Shown one piece after another: positions 1 through 8,332 of a stretch of 53,636 bases of DNA. Under the pieces are notes generated by a model. It saw only the letters and a list, made by a program, of their open reading frames with translations, ran no database searches and was not told the DNA's origin. The stretch lies in NCBI GenBank assembly GCA_041686715.1, contig JAWLDI010000001.1, forward strand, positions 1-53,636. Direction: 5' to 3'. Origin of the DNA: Pelovirga sp. GTDB lineage: Bacteria > Desulfobacterota > Desulfuromonadia > Desulfuromonadales > Geopsychrobacteraceae. Position 1 is the first letter of the stretch. Each line of letters starts with the position of its first letter. Made by a program: the position numbers and the translations under genes.

Positions 1-49
1 ATTGTATTGTGTGTTGTTCGGCGGCAATGCCGATATGGAACATGTTATT

Positions 50-65
50 TGCAAGATACCTGCCA
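50..65 (-). promoter_or_regulatory. sigma54 (-24/-12) promoter for a gene left of the window
   Basis: Reverse complement reads TGGCAGGTATCTTGCA: TGGCA...TTGCA with exact GG-N10-GC spacing. Confidence 0.8.
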
Positions 66-114
66 GAACCGGCGGTTCGCGCAAGGGGGATGGGAGCAAC
101 AGACGATGCGATAG

Positions 115-188
115 GTAGGGGCGTGATTCATCACGCCCAATTGTCATTATACGTCAACAAATCAGGGCGCAATGAATTCCGCCCTTAC
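115..188. repeat. Inverted pair of GTAG-type REP palindromes (REPIN-like)
   Basis: GTAGGGGCGTGATTCATCACGCCC (115-138) and inverted degenerate copy AGGGCGCAATGAATTCCGCCCTTAC (164-188). Confidence 0.65.
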
Positions 189-290
189 ATACAAACCTTC
201 TGCCCAAAATTTCACCACCCTGCCTCAAGAATCAGCAGAACATCCATGACTTCTTGCCATCAACCCATGAAATTCCGCTATCCCGAGACA

Positions 291-306
291 AGGCACACAA
301 TTTGCT
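291..306 (+). promoter_or_regulatory. sigma54 (-24/-12) promoter of nifV
   Basis: AGGCACACAATTTGCT, GG 292-293 and GC 304-305 (N10), about 70 bp upstream of nifV. Confidence 0.8.
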
Positions 307-374
307 TTGAAGTAAACGACGCACAATCAACCCGGCGACAAAGACGTCCCTTAACCTGATTCGGGGGTACGCCT

Positions 375-1493
375 ATGTCCAGCAAAACAGTTCACATCTC
401 CGACACCACCCTGCGCGACGGCGAACAGACCGCCGGGGTCGTCTTCAGTCACAGCGAAAAAATCGCCATTGCCACCATGCTCGACCGCATCGGCGTCAGC
501 GAACTGGAATGCGGCATCCCGGCCATGGGCAAGGACGAACAACGCACCATCAAGAAGCTGGTCGATCTGAATCTCAATGCCCGCCTGCTCTCATGGAACC
601 GCGCCCTGATTCCCGACATCCAGGCATCTTTGAACTGCGGCATCAGGGCGGTCGACCTCTCCATTTCCGTGTCTGATATCCACATCCATCACAAACTGCG
701 CTCCAGCTGTGATCAGGTTAAAGAGCAACTGAAAACCGCCCTGGGCTTTGCCAAGCAGCATCAGCTCTATGTCTGCGTCGGTGCTGAGGACGCCGGCCGC
801 GCTGACATGGAGTTTCTGCTGGAACTGTTGGCGATTGCTGCAAACCTTGGTGCCGATCGTTTCCGCTTCTGCGACACCCTGGGACTGCTCGACCCCTTCA
901 CCACGTATGACAAGGTCAGCACCCTGGCCCGTCACAGTGCCATCGATCTGGAGGTTCATACCCATAACGACCTGGGGATGGCGACCGCCAATGCGATTGC
1001 CGGCGTCAGAGCGGGAGCGACCTATGTCAGCACCACCGTCAACGGCATCGGCGAACGCGCCGGCAATGCGGCAATGGAAGAAGTGGTGATGGCGCTGAAA
1101 CTCGCCTGCGAGATCGATCCTGCGATTACGACCACTGATCTGGCTCATCTTTCCCGTTATGTAGCAGCTGCCAGCGGCCGACCGCTGACTCCCTGGAAGG
1201 CGGTTGTTGGTGAAAAGGTATTTTCCCACGAATCAGGGCTGCATGCTGATGGTATCTTGAAACATCCCTCCACCTATGAGGGATTTGATCCGGCAGAAGT
1301 CGGGCTCAAGCGCCATATCGTTGTCGGTAAACATTCCGGTCGCAGCGGCTTGAAACAACGCCTGCAGGAACTGCAACTGGAACAACCGCACATTGACTTG
1401 AATAAATTATTACCGCGCGTCCGCTCCCTTGCCGGTCGCCGCAAACGGGCCCTACTGGATCAGGAATTGATTGAACTGTGCCGCGCCTGTTAA
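375..1493 (+). CDS. nifV: Homocitrate synthase
   Basis: DRE-TIM motifs DTTLRDGEQ, HTHNDLGMA, GIGERAGNA; 372 aa with no LeuA regulatory domain; sigma54 promoter; adjacent mod genes. Confidence 0.9.
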   Translation: MSSKTVHISDTTLRDGEQTAGVVFSHSEKIAIATMLDRIGVSELECGIPAMGKDEQRTIKKLVDLNLNARLLSWNRALIPDIQASLNCGIRAVDLSISVSDIHIHHKLRSSCDQVKEQLKTALGFAKQHQLYVCVGAEDAGRADMEFLLELLAIAANLGADRFRFCDTLGLLDPFTTYDKVSTLARHSAIDLEVHTHNDLGMATANAIAGVRAGATYVSTTVNGIGERAGNAAMEEVVMALKLACEIDPAITTTDLAHLSRYVAAASGRPLTPWKAVVGEKVFSHESGLHADGILKHPSTYEGFDPAEVGLKRHIVVGKHSGRSGLKQRLQELQLEQPHIDLNKLLPRVRSLAGRRKRALLDQELIELCRAC

Positions 1494-1500
1494 ATTGCCG

Positions 1501-2307
1501 ATGATCCTTCAACCCTTATCAGCTGCCGACTGGAACCTTTTTTTACGCCTTGCCCGAGGCGAAGGCTGGCTTGTCCCAACCAAAGAGCAACTGCTGTTTC
1601 AACATCAGTGGCGCCCTTTTTTTTTGGCTTTGCGTCATTACGGCAAAACCTGCGGCTTCATTTCTGCTGTCAGCTACCGCCATAGCGGCTGGATCGGCAA
1701 TCTGCTCATCGACCCTGAATTGCGCGGACAAGGTTACGGTAAGTATCTGCTTGAAGAGGCGTTAAAGCTTCTGTACCAACCTCCATTGCAACGAATCTGG
1801 CTCACGGCCTCGAGGCAGGGCCGGCCCCTGTATCAACGTTATGGATTCACGCAGGTTGATACGGTGACGCGCTGGAGCACAACCGGCCGCGGCAAGAATC
1901 AACCCGTTACCACCCAGGCAACGCTGGCATGTCTGGTTGCAATTGAACAGGATTGCTGGGGAGAAGATCGCCGTGATCTGATCAGCGCCCTCGCCGCAGA
2001 CAGCTTGCTGTTACAGCAAGCGAATACTCTTGCCATGGTGCAAACCGGAATTGATTTATGGCAGCTTGGCCCCTGGTCTGCCGCAAAAAGTGATCCACGC
2101 AGCGCCCGCCTGCTGCTTGACCTGGCGGTGGCCGCAACGCCTGCGAACAAGACTCTATTCGTAGATACTCTGGATTCTGCCGGCCTTGAACTGCTGCTGC
2201 GCCGGCGAGGTTTTGCCCGGCATGGGCAAAACCTGCTGATGTATCAGGGGGAAGCGCCCCGCTTGAGGGGCGTGATGGCGTTAGCCAGTCTGGGTAGCAT
2301 CGGTTGA
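1501..2307 (+). CDS. GNAT family N-acetyltransferase with YitH-like C-terminal domain
   Basis: Acetyl-CoA motif LRGQGYGK and GRPLYQRYGF; ATG 7 nt after nifV stop (ORF track starts at 1471). Confidence 0.8.
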   Translation: MILQPLSAADWNLFLRLARGEGWLVPTKEQLLFQHQWRPFFLALRHYGKTCGFISAVSYRHSGWIGNLLIDPELRGQGYGKYLLEEALKLLYQPPLQRIWLTASRQGRPLYQRYGFTQVDTVTRWSTTGRGKNQPVTTQATLACLVAIEQDCWGEDRRDLISALAADSLLLQQANTLAMVQTGIDLWQLGPWSAAKSDPRSARLLLDLAVAATPANKTLFVDTLDSAGLELLLRRRGFARHGQNLLMYQGEAPRLRGVMALASLGSIG

Positions 2308-2318
2308 CAATCATTGTC

Positions 2319-2350
2319 TTGACTAGCGCTATTTACTTTAGTATATAACG
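2319..2350 (+). promoter_or_regulatory. ModE operator overlapping a sigma70 promoter
   Basis: CGCTATTTA-N6-TATATAACG (2327-2350) fits the ModE box; TTGACT-17-TATATA overlaps it. Confidence 0.8.
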
Positions 2351-2381
2351 CTAACAGCCCCCAACGGCGAAGGAGAAATCA

Positions 2382-3158
2382 ATGAGAGTCAGCGGCAACC
2401 TGTTGCTGGGCAGCAATCAGCAGCTGAATGAAAAACGTATCGAGTTGCTGCGCCAGATCGACCAGCTTGGCTCCTTGAGTGCCGCAGCCAAAGCTGTGGG
2501 CTTAAGCTACAAAGGCGCCTGGGATGCCATTGACGCCATCAACAACCTGTCTGACAAAGAACTGGTCTGTCGCGTCAGCGGTGGACGCGGCGGCGGCGGC
2601 AGTACCCTGACGAATGAGGGGAAAAAGATCCTGCGGATGTATGATCTCTTCGCCCGTGCCCACGAGCGCTTTATGGACGACCTTTCGACTCACAGTGACA
2701 ATCCACAGGATGCCTACAACTTTTTACAGAGGATGACAATGAAAACCAGCGCACGCAACCAATTCGGCGGTGAGATCATCAGCATCCGTCACGGCTCGGT
2801 CAACGATGAAGTCACCCTGCTACTCAGCGGCAGTGATGAAATTACCGCCATTATTACCCGTGACAGCGTGACAAACATGGAGCTGTCCGTCGGCAAAAAG
2901 GCCTACGCCCTGATAAAAGCCAGTGCGGTTATCCTATCCGACGAAAGACCTCGTGGCATCAGCGCCCGCAATATTCTGTCTGGTACCATCGAGCGGATTG
3001 TGCTGGGCGGTGTCAATGCCGAAGTAATCCTCGCCCTGCCCGGTCAGACTCGTCTGGCAGCGGTGGTAACGCGCGAGTCAGTCAGCAACCTGGAACTGCG
3101 GGAAGGGACCACAGCCTGGGCATTCTTCAAGGCATCGAGCGTTATTTTAGGAGTTTAA
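2382..3158 (+). CDS. modE: Molybdate-responsive transcriptional regulator
   Basis: HTH (GSLSAAAKAVGLSYKGAW), GGRGGGGS turn, two SARN TOBE/Mop repeats. Confidence 0.93.
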   Translation: MRVSGNLLLGSNQQLNEKRIELLRQIDQLGSLSAAAKAVGLSYKGAWDAIDAINNLSDKELVCRVSGGRGGGGSTLTNEGKKILRMYDLFARAHERFMDDLSTHSDNPQDAYNFLQRMTMKTSARNQFGGEIISIRHGSVNDEVTLLLSGSDEITAIITRDSVTNMELSVGKKAYALIKASAVILSDERPRGISARNILSGTIERIVLGGVNAEVILALPGQTRLAAVVTRESVSNLELREGTTAWAFFKASSVILGV

Positions 3159-3198
3159 CTTATCGACAGGTGGCGCCAGTCCCTGTTTTTTTCCTGAT

Positions 3199-3222
3199 CG
3201 ATATATAAACGACTTTACATCG
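3199..3222 (+). promoter_or_regulatory. Second ModE operator, upstream of modA
   Basis: CGATATATA-N6-TTTACATCG, 20 bp before the modA start. Confidence 0.7.
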
Positions 3223-3242
3223 AGATTCTCAAGGAGATTACC

Positions 3243-4013
3243 ATGAAACGGGTACTACTGTTTATCATTATTCTTGTCGCTGTCAGCACCAGTCTGCATG
3301 CTCAGGATCGCCCCCTGACCATTTTCGGTGCTGCCGACCTGCGCTACGCCCTCAATGAAGTTGTCACCGCCTTTAAGCAGACTCATCCGGGCGCCAACAT
3401 CGAAACTATTTATGGTTCCAGTGGTAAAGCCTACGCTCAGATTCGCAACGATGCTCCCTATGATCTCTATTTTTCCGCCAATATCGACTACCCGGAACGC
3501 CTGTTACGAGACGGACATGGTATCGGTGAAGCCAGACTTTATGCCATCGGTCGGGTTGTCCTCTGGCAACGTAAAGGAGGAAAGCTTGACTTAAGCAAAG
3601 GAGTGGATGTGCTACGGGACCCCGCCATTCGCCGGCTTGCCATTGCCAATCCTGAACACGCCCCCTATGGGGTGGCCGGAATGGAGACGTTGGAAACCCA
3701 CGGCCTCTGGGAAAAGTTGCAATCTAAACTGGTTATGGGAGAAAACATCTCCCAGACAGCACACTTTGCCGCCACCGGAGCTGCCGATATCGGCATCATC
3801 GCTTATTCTCTGGCTCTGGCCCCGGAGATGAAAGCTCTGGGTGAATCCTTCAAGCTGATTGACCTAAAGGACCACAACCCGCTGCGGCAGGGTTATATGA
3901 TCACTAATTACGGGGCAAAACACCCCCTGTCACGAGCCTTTGCCGATTTTATCGAAAGTGAGGAAGGCAAGGGAATCCTCAAGGTGTACGGTTTTGAGGT
4001 TCCCGCACAATGA
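3243..4013 (+). CDS. modA: Molybdate ABC transporter substrate-binding protein
   Basis: Signal peptide; YGSSG, AIANPEHAPYG and GENISQ motifs. Confidence 0.93.
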   Translation: MKRVLLFIIILVAVSTSLHAQDRPLTIFGAADLRYALNEVVTAFKQTHPGANIETIYGSSGKAYAQIRNDAPYDLYFSANIDYPERLLRDGHGIGEARLYAIGRVVLWQRKGGKLDLSKGVDVLRDPAIRRLAIANPEHAPYGVAGMETLETHGLWEKLQSKLVMGENISQTAHFAATGAADIGIIAYSLALAPEMKALGESFKLIDLKDHNPLRQGYMITNYGAKHPLSRAFADFIESEEGKGILKVYGFEVPAQ

Positions 4014-4414
4014 ACAGCATTCCCGGAAAAATCGCTACCATTGACACGGATGGCAACCTCTCTCTGGTGGATATTGAGGTGACCTCAGACTTCAGGATGT
4101 CGGCGCTGATCGTCGAAACCCCGGAGCACTGCCCCTGGTTGAAAACCGGTCAGAGGATAAAAATTCTGTTCAAGGAGACAGAAGTCTCCATCGCCCGCAA
4201 CCTAAGTGGACAGATCAGTTTACGCAACCGCTTTGTGGCAACCATCGCCGGCATTCGTAGTGAAGGAATGCTGGCAGAGATTACCCTCGATAGTGCCGGA
4301 CACCAGGTGGTTTCCATCATCACCAGTCGTTCAGCGCAACGAATGGAGCTGAAAACCGGCGATCAGGTGGAATGGCTGGTCAAGGCCAACGAAGTCTCAT
4401 TGACTGGAAATTAA
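4010..4414 (+). CDS. Tandem TOBE/Mop molybdate-binding protein
   Basis: ISLRNRF and SIIT..SA..MEL..G Mop motifs; ATGA overlap with modA. Confidence 0.8.
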   Translation: MNSIPGKIATIDTDGNLSLVDIEVTSDFRMSALIVETPEHCPWLKTGQRIKILFKETEVSIARNLSGQISLRNRFVATIAGIRSEGMLAEITLDSAGHQVVSIITSRSAQRMELKTGDQVEWLVKANEVSLTGN

Positions 4415-4486
4415 AAGAATTTCCTGCTATTCAACTCGCCATAGCTCAGGGTTGGGGATCCTGTGCTCAACAGATACGGACCTTCT

Positions 4487-5167
4487 ATGAACCCAGACTT
4501 TACCCAAACCATGATCCTCACCTTTCAGGTGGCCGGCATCACTACCATCATCCTGCTGGTACTGGGAATTCCCTTGAGTTACTGGCTGGCCTATACCAGC
4601 AATCGCGCCAAGGCCGTGGTTGAAACCCTGGTGAGTATGCCCCTGGTGCTGCCACCGACGGTGCTGGGATTTTATCTGCTGGTCTTCTTCAGCCCGGTCA
4701 ATCCGGTTGGTGGCTGGCTCGATAGCTGGTTCAACCTGAGGCTGGTGTTCAGCTTTGAAGGGGTTATCGTCGGTTCGGTACTGTTCAGCCTCCCCTTCAT
4801 GATCCATCCCCTGCAAAGCGGCTTTGGCGCAATTCCTGCCAATCTGCGCGAGGCGGCAGCAACGTTGGGTATCTCCCGGGTGAAGACCCTGTTCACCATC
4901 CTGCTGCCCAACATGAAACCGGGCATCCTCGCCGGCTGCGTGTTGAGCTTCGCCCACACCGTCGGCGAATTCGGCGTGGTACTGATGGTCGGCGGCAATA
5001 TCCCCGGAGTAACCCGCATGGCTTCCATCGCCATCTATGATCGGGTCGAAGCCCTCGACTATGCCACTGCCCACCAGTACGCCTTTGTTTTATTTGCCAT
5101 TACCTTTGCCATACTGCTACTGGTCTATATGGTCAACCGGCGCTTTGCTCGTATGGAGCTGGCATGA
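4487..5167 (+). CDS. modB: Molybdate ABC transporter permease
   Basis: PLVLPPTVLGF, EAA loop, FAHTVGEFG and GNIPGVT; start 4487 preferred over 4463. Confidence 0.93.
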   Translation: MNPDFTQTMILTFQVAGITTIILLVLGIPLSYWLAYTSNRAKAVVETLVSMPLVLPPTVLGFYLLVFFSPVNPVGGWLDSWFNLRLVFSFEGVIVGSVLFSLPFMIHPLQSGFGAIPANLREAAATLGISRVKTLFTILLPNMKPGILAGCVLSFAHTVGEFGVVLMVGGNIPGVTRMASIAIYDRVEALDYATAHQYAFVLFAITFAILLLVYMVNRRFARMELA

Positions 5168-6042
5168 TTGAAGTCAATGTCAGCAAACGCCTGCATACCG
5201 CCGAAGGACCGATGGATCTGGTGTTTAACGGCATCATTGAACAGGGGGAATTCATCACCCTGTTCGGCCCCTCCGGTGCCGGCAAAACCACCCTGCTGAG
5301 GATGGTAGCGGGGCTGACCACCCCCGACGCCGGCACCATCGTCGTCAATGGCCAAACCTGGTTCGACTCGACCAGCCGTATCAATCTATCCCCGCGCCGG
5401 CGCTCCATCGGCATGGTGTTTCAGGATTATGCCCTGTTTCCCAATCTCACCGTCGCCGAGAACATTGGCCTGGCCCTGCCCAGGGAAAAACGCGGTGTCA
5501 TCGCCGGAGAGTTGCTGGAGGTCGCGGGATTACAGGAGCTGGCCGGTCGCAAACCGGACAAACTCTCCGGCGGCCAGCGCCAACGCGTGGCGCTGGCACG
5601 GGCCCTGGCCCTGAAACCCGCCATACTGCTGCTCGACGAACCCCTGTCGGCGCTGGATCTGCAGATGCGCCTCAAACTCCAGGATGAGCTCTTGCGTCTG
5701 CATCAGCGTTATCAGCCCACGACCCTGCTGGTGAGCCACGATCTGAGCGAGGTCTTCCGCCTCAGTCGCCGCGTCTTTGTGCTGGACAGAGGCGAAGTCA
5801 CCCGCAGCGGCAGCCCGACTGAAGTTTTTTCACAGTCAAACATCAGCAACAAGTTCCGCTTTAACGGTGAGGTGGTACACATCAAAGCCAGCGGCATCGT
5901 CTACATTGTCCATGTGCTGGTCGGGCAGGATGTTGTTCAGGTCATCGCCAGCAAACGGGAAATGGCGAACCTGAAGGTCGGCAAGCGGGTTCTGATTGCT
6001 TCCAAAGCGTTCAATCCCCTGATCATGCCGCTGGATGAATAA
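5164..6042 (+). CDS. modC: Molybdate ABC transporter ATPase with C-terminal TOBE
   Basis: GPSGAGKT, LSGGQ, LLLDEP; coupled to modB. Confidence 0.9.
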   Translation: MIEVNVSKRLHTAEGPMDLVFNGIIEQGEFITLFGPSGAGKTTLLRMVAGLTTPDAGTIVVNGQTWFDSTSRINLSPRRRSIGMVFQDYALFPNLTVAENIGLALPREKRGVIAGELLEVAGLQELAGRKPDKLSGGQRQRVALARALALKPAILLLDEPLSALDLQMRLKLQDELLRLHQRYQPTTLLVSHDLSEVFRLSRRVFVLDRGEVTRSGSPTEVFSQSNISNKFRFNGEVVHIKASGIVYIVHVLVGQDVVQVIASKREMANLKVGKRVLIASKAFNPLIMPLDE

Positions 6043-6098
6043 TTGTCTGAAAAAACGGAGAATATTGACGTCCTCAGGTAAAAATGCTACTGACTTAA

Positions 6099-6125
6099 GT
6101 AGCACGAAATACAAATTCGTATTAC
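6099..6125 (+). promoter_or_regulatory. Putative NikR-type operator
   Basis: GTAGCAC-N13-GTATTAC inverted repeat just downstream of TTGACG-17-TACTGA (6065-6093). Confidence 0.6.
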
Positions 6126-6143
6126 TAAAAAAGAGGGCTTGCT

Positions 6144-7256
6144 ATGCGGAAGATCATCGCACTGCTGATTTTTCTGCTGGGAATGACATCTCCGGCTTTT
6201 GCTGCCACGCCATCCCGTACAGTAACCGATATCCTGAAACGAACGGTTCAGATTCCAGACCAGATCGACCGGGTCATCTGTTCCGGTTCCGGTTGCCTGC
6301 GCCTGCTGGTTTACCTGCAAGGGCAGGCTCGGGTCGTCGCGGTTGACAGTGCCGAAAAAGGGGGGCTGCCGTTCGCCGTCGATGCACGCCCTTACGCCTT
6401 AACCCAGCCTCAACTGAGCGATCTACCGCTCTTTGGTGAATTTCGCGGCTTTGACAACCCGGAGCTGATCGCCGGTCTCGATCCCCAACCCCAGGTCATT
6501 TTCAAGGTCAATGCCCCACGCGACGGTGGTGTTGACAGCTTACAAACGAAAACGGGAATCCCGGTTGTTGCCCTGGGCTACGGCAATCTGACCCACGGGC
6601 GCGAAGAACTGAACCGGACCCTCCACCTCATGGGAAACGTATTGGGGCTGGAGCAACGTGCCGAAGAGGTGATCAGCTTTTTTGACGCGCTGCAGGCCGA
6701 TCTGGAGCAGCGGGTTGCCGGCATCACCGACAACGAGCGTCCAACCGCCTACGCAGGAGGGCTGGCGATGCGTGGCGGTCATGGTTTTGCCTCGACTGAA
6801 CCGGCCTATGCTCCCTTCGCATTTTTAAACGCCGGCAACGTTGCCATGGAGCTTGGCACCGGTGCAGCCAATTTCTCTCACGCCACCGTGGCCAAAGAAC
6901 AACTGCTGCTGTGGGATCCAGACGTTATCTTTCTGGATATTGCCGGCACCCGCCTGCCCGCCGGCGCCAACGGTCTGGAACAGTTACGCACCGATACTGT
7001 TTATCAGGCCATGACCGCCGTACAGTCCGGACGCGTGTATGGGGTTTTTCCTTACAACTTTTATAACACCAATTTTGCATCGGTCTTTGCCAACAGCTAC
7101 TATATCGGCACGATCCTTTATCCGGAGCGCTTTGCCGATATTGATCCCCTCGTTAAAGCCGAGGAAATCAGTATCTTTCTTAACGGTGGTCCGGCCTTTA
7201 AGCGCATCAATCAAGACTTCAGCAACATGGGCTTCAGCCGGATCCCCCTGCGGTAA
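6144..7256 (+). CDS. Class III (Fe-siderophore/B12-type) ABC substrate-binding protein
   Basis: Signal peptide, VTDILKRTVQIP..IDRVI, RPY, E.L....PDVI, AVQSGRVY motifs. Confidence 0.85.
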   Translation: MRKIIALLIFLLGMTSPAFAATPSRTVTDILKRTVQIPDQIDRVICSGSGCLRLLVYLQGQARVVAVDSAEKGGLPFAVDARPYALTQPQLSDLPLFGEFRGFDNPELIAGLDPQPQVIFKVNAPRDGGVDSLQTKTGIPVVALGYGNLTHGREELNRTLHLMGNVLGLEQRAEEVISFFDALQADLEQRVAGITDNERPTAYAGGLAMRGGHGFASTEPAYAPFAFLNAGNVAMELGTGAANFSHATVAKEQLLLWDPDVIFLDIAGTRLPAGANGLEQLRTDTVYQAMTAVQSGRVYGVFPYNFYNTNFASVFANSYYIGTILYPERFADIDPLVKAEEISIFLNGGPAFKRINQDFSNMGFSRIPLR

Positions 7257-7258
7257 CG

Positions 7259-8332
7259 ATGTCACACTTTGATCACGGCCAAAAACCAACTGCCTACAAT
7301 GCCTATATCGGCAGAAAACTGTTGTTCATCGCCGTTCTGGTTGTGCTGACGGTGCTCATGCTGATGCTGGCCATCTCCCTTGGTGCCGTTCGAATCCCCA
7401 CCCGGGAAGCGGTTCTGGCCTTGTTTAACCTCGGCGACGATGCCAGATCCGCCATTATTGTCCGTCATATCCGCCTGCCCCACGCCCTTGCTGCGATCCT
7501 TGCCGGTGCCGGTCTGGCTGCAGCCGGTGCCACCATGCAGTCGATCCTGCGTAATCCCCTGGGTTCCCCTTTTACCCTGGGTATCTCACAGGCCGGTGCC
7601 TTTGGTGCCGCCTTTTCGGTGATGATCTTCGGCACTGGTACCATGCAGAGCACCCAGGCCGACGCCGTCAGTATCATCAACCCCTACCTGACGACATTGT
7701 CTGCCTTTGCTGCCTGCATGGTGGCATCACTGGTTATCATCGCTATCGGCCGCCTGCGCGGTGCCACACCGGAAGTGATGATTCTCAGCGGTGTTGCCCT
7801 GGGGTCGTTGTTTACCGCCGCAACCATGCTGCTGCAGTATTTTGCCGACGATATACAACTGGCATCCATGGTTTTCTGGACCTTTGGTGACGTGGGCCGG
7901 GCCGGCTGGACCGAAATAATTTTTATGGCCGTGGTCGTTTTCGGATCTTTAGTTTTTTTCATTCTTAACCGCTGGAACTACAATGCTATCGACGCCGGTG
8001 ACGAAACCGCCAAAGGGTTGGGAGTGCGGGTCGAACTGGTGCGCATGACCGGTATGCTGGCGGCATCACTGGTGACCGCGGTTATTGTCTCATTCCTCGG
8101 TATCATCGGCTTTGTCGGCCTGGTCTGCCCCCATATCGTCAGGCGTATCATTGGCGATGATCACCGCTTCCTGCTGCCGGCTTCCGCTCTGACCGGTGCC
8201 TGTCTACTGCTGGCAGCAGATACCGCAGCGCGCCTACTGCTCGCTCCGCAGATGCTGCCGGTGTCGATTCTGACGGCTTTTCTGGGTGCTCCTGCCTTCC
8301 TCTACCTGTTGATCCGGGGGAAGAATCGATGA
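7259..8332 (+). CDS. FecCD/BtuC family ABC permease
   Basis: IRLP, Q..LRNPL.SP..LG, A..LGV, IGFVGLVCPH motifs. Confidence 0.92.
   Translation: MSHFDHGQKPTAYNAYIGRKLLFIAVLVVLTVLMLMLAISLGAVRIPTREAVLALFNLGDDARSAIIVRHIRLPHALAAILAGAGLAAAGATMQSILRNPLGSPFTLGISQAGAFGAAFSVMIFGTGTMQSTQADAVSIINPYLTTLSAFAACMVASLVIIAIGRLRGATPEVMILSGVALGSLFTAATMLLQYFADDIQLASMVFWTFGDVGRAGWTEIIFMAVVVFGSLVFFILNRWNYNAIDAGDETAKGLGVRVELVRMTGMLAASLVTAVIVSFLGIIGFVGLVCPHIVRRIIGDDHRFLLPASALTGACLLLAADTAARLLLAPQMLPVSILTAFLGAPAFLYLLIRGKNR

Noticed and set aside
142-159. TGT...ACA as a NifA upstream activator site
   Set aside because: Spacing is N12, not N10, and it lies in the REP spacer
9-359. 116-aa ORF upstream of nifV
   Set aside because: Runs across two promoters and a REP pair; no RBS or recognisable motif
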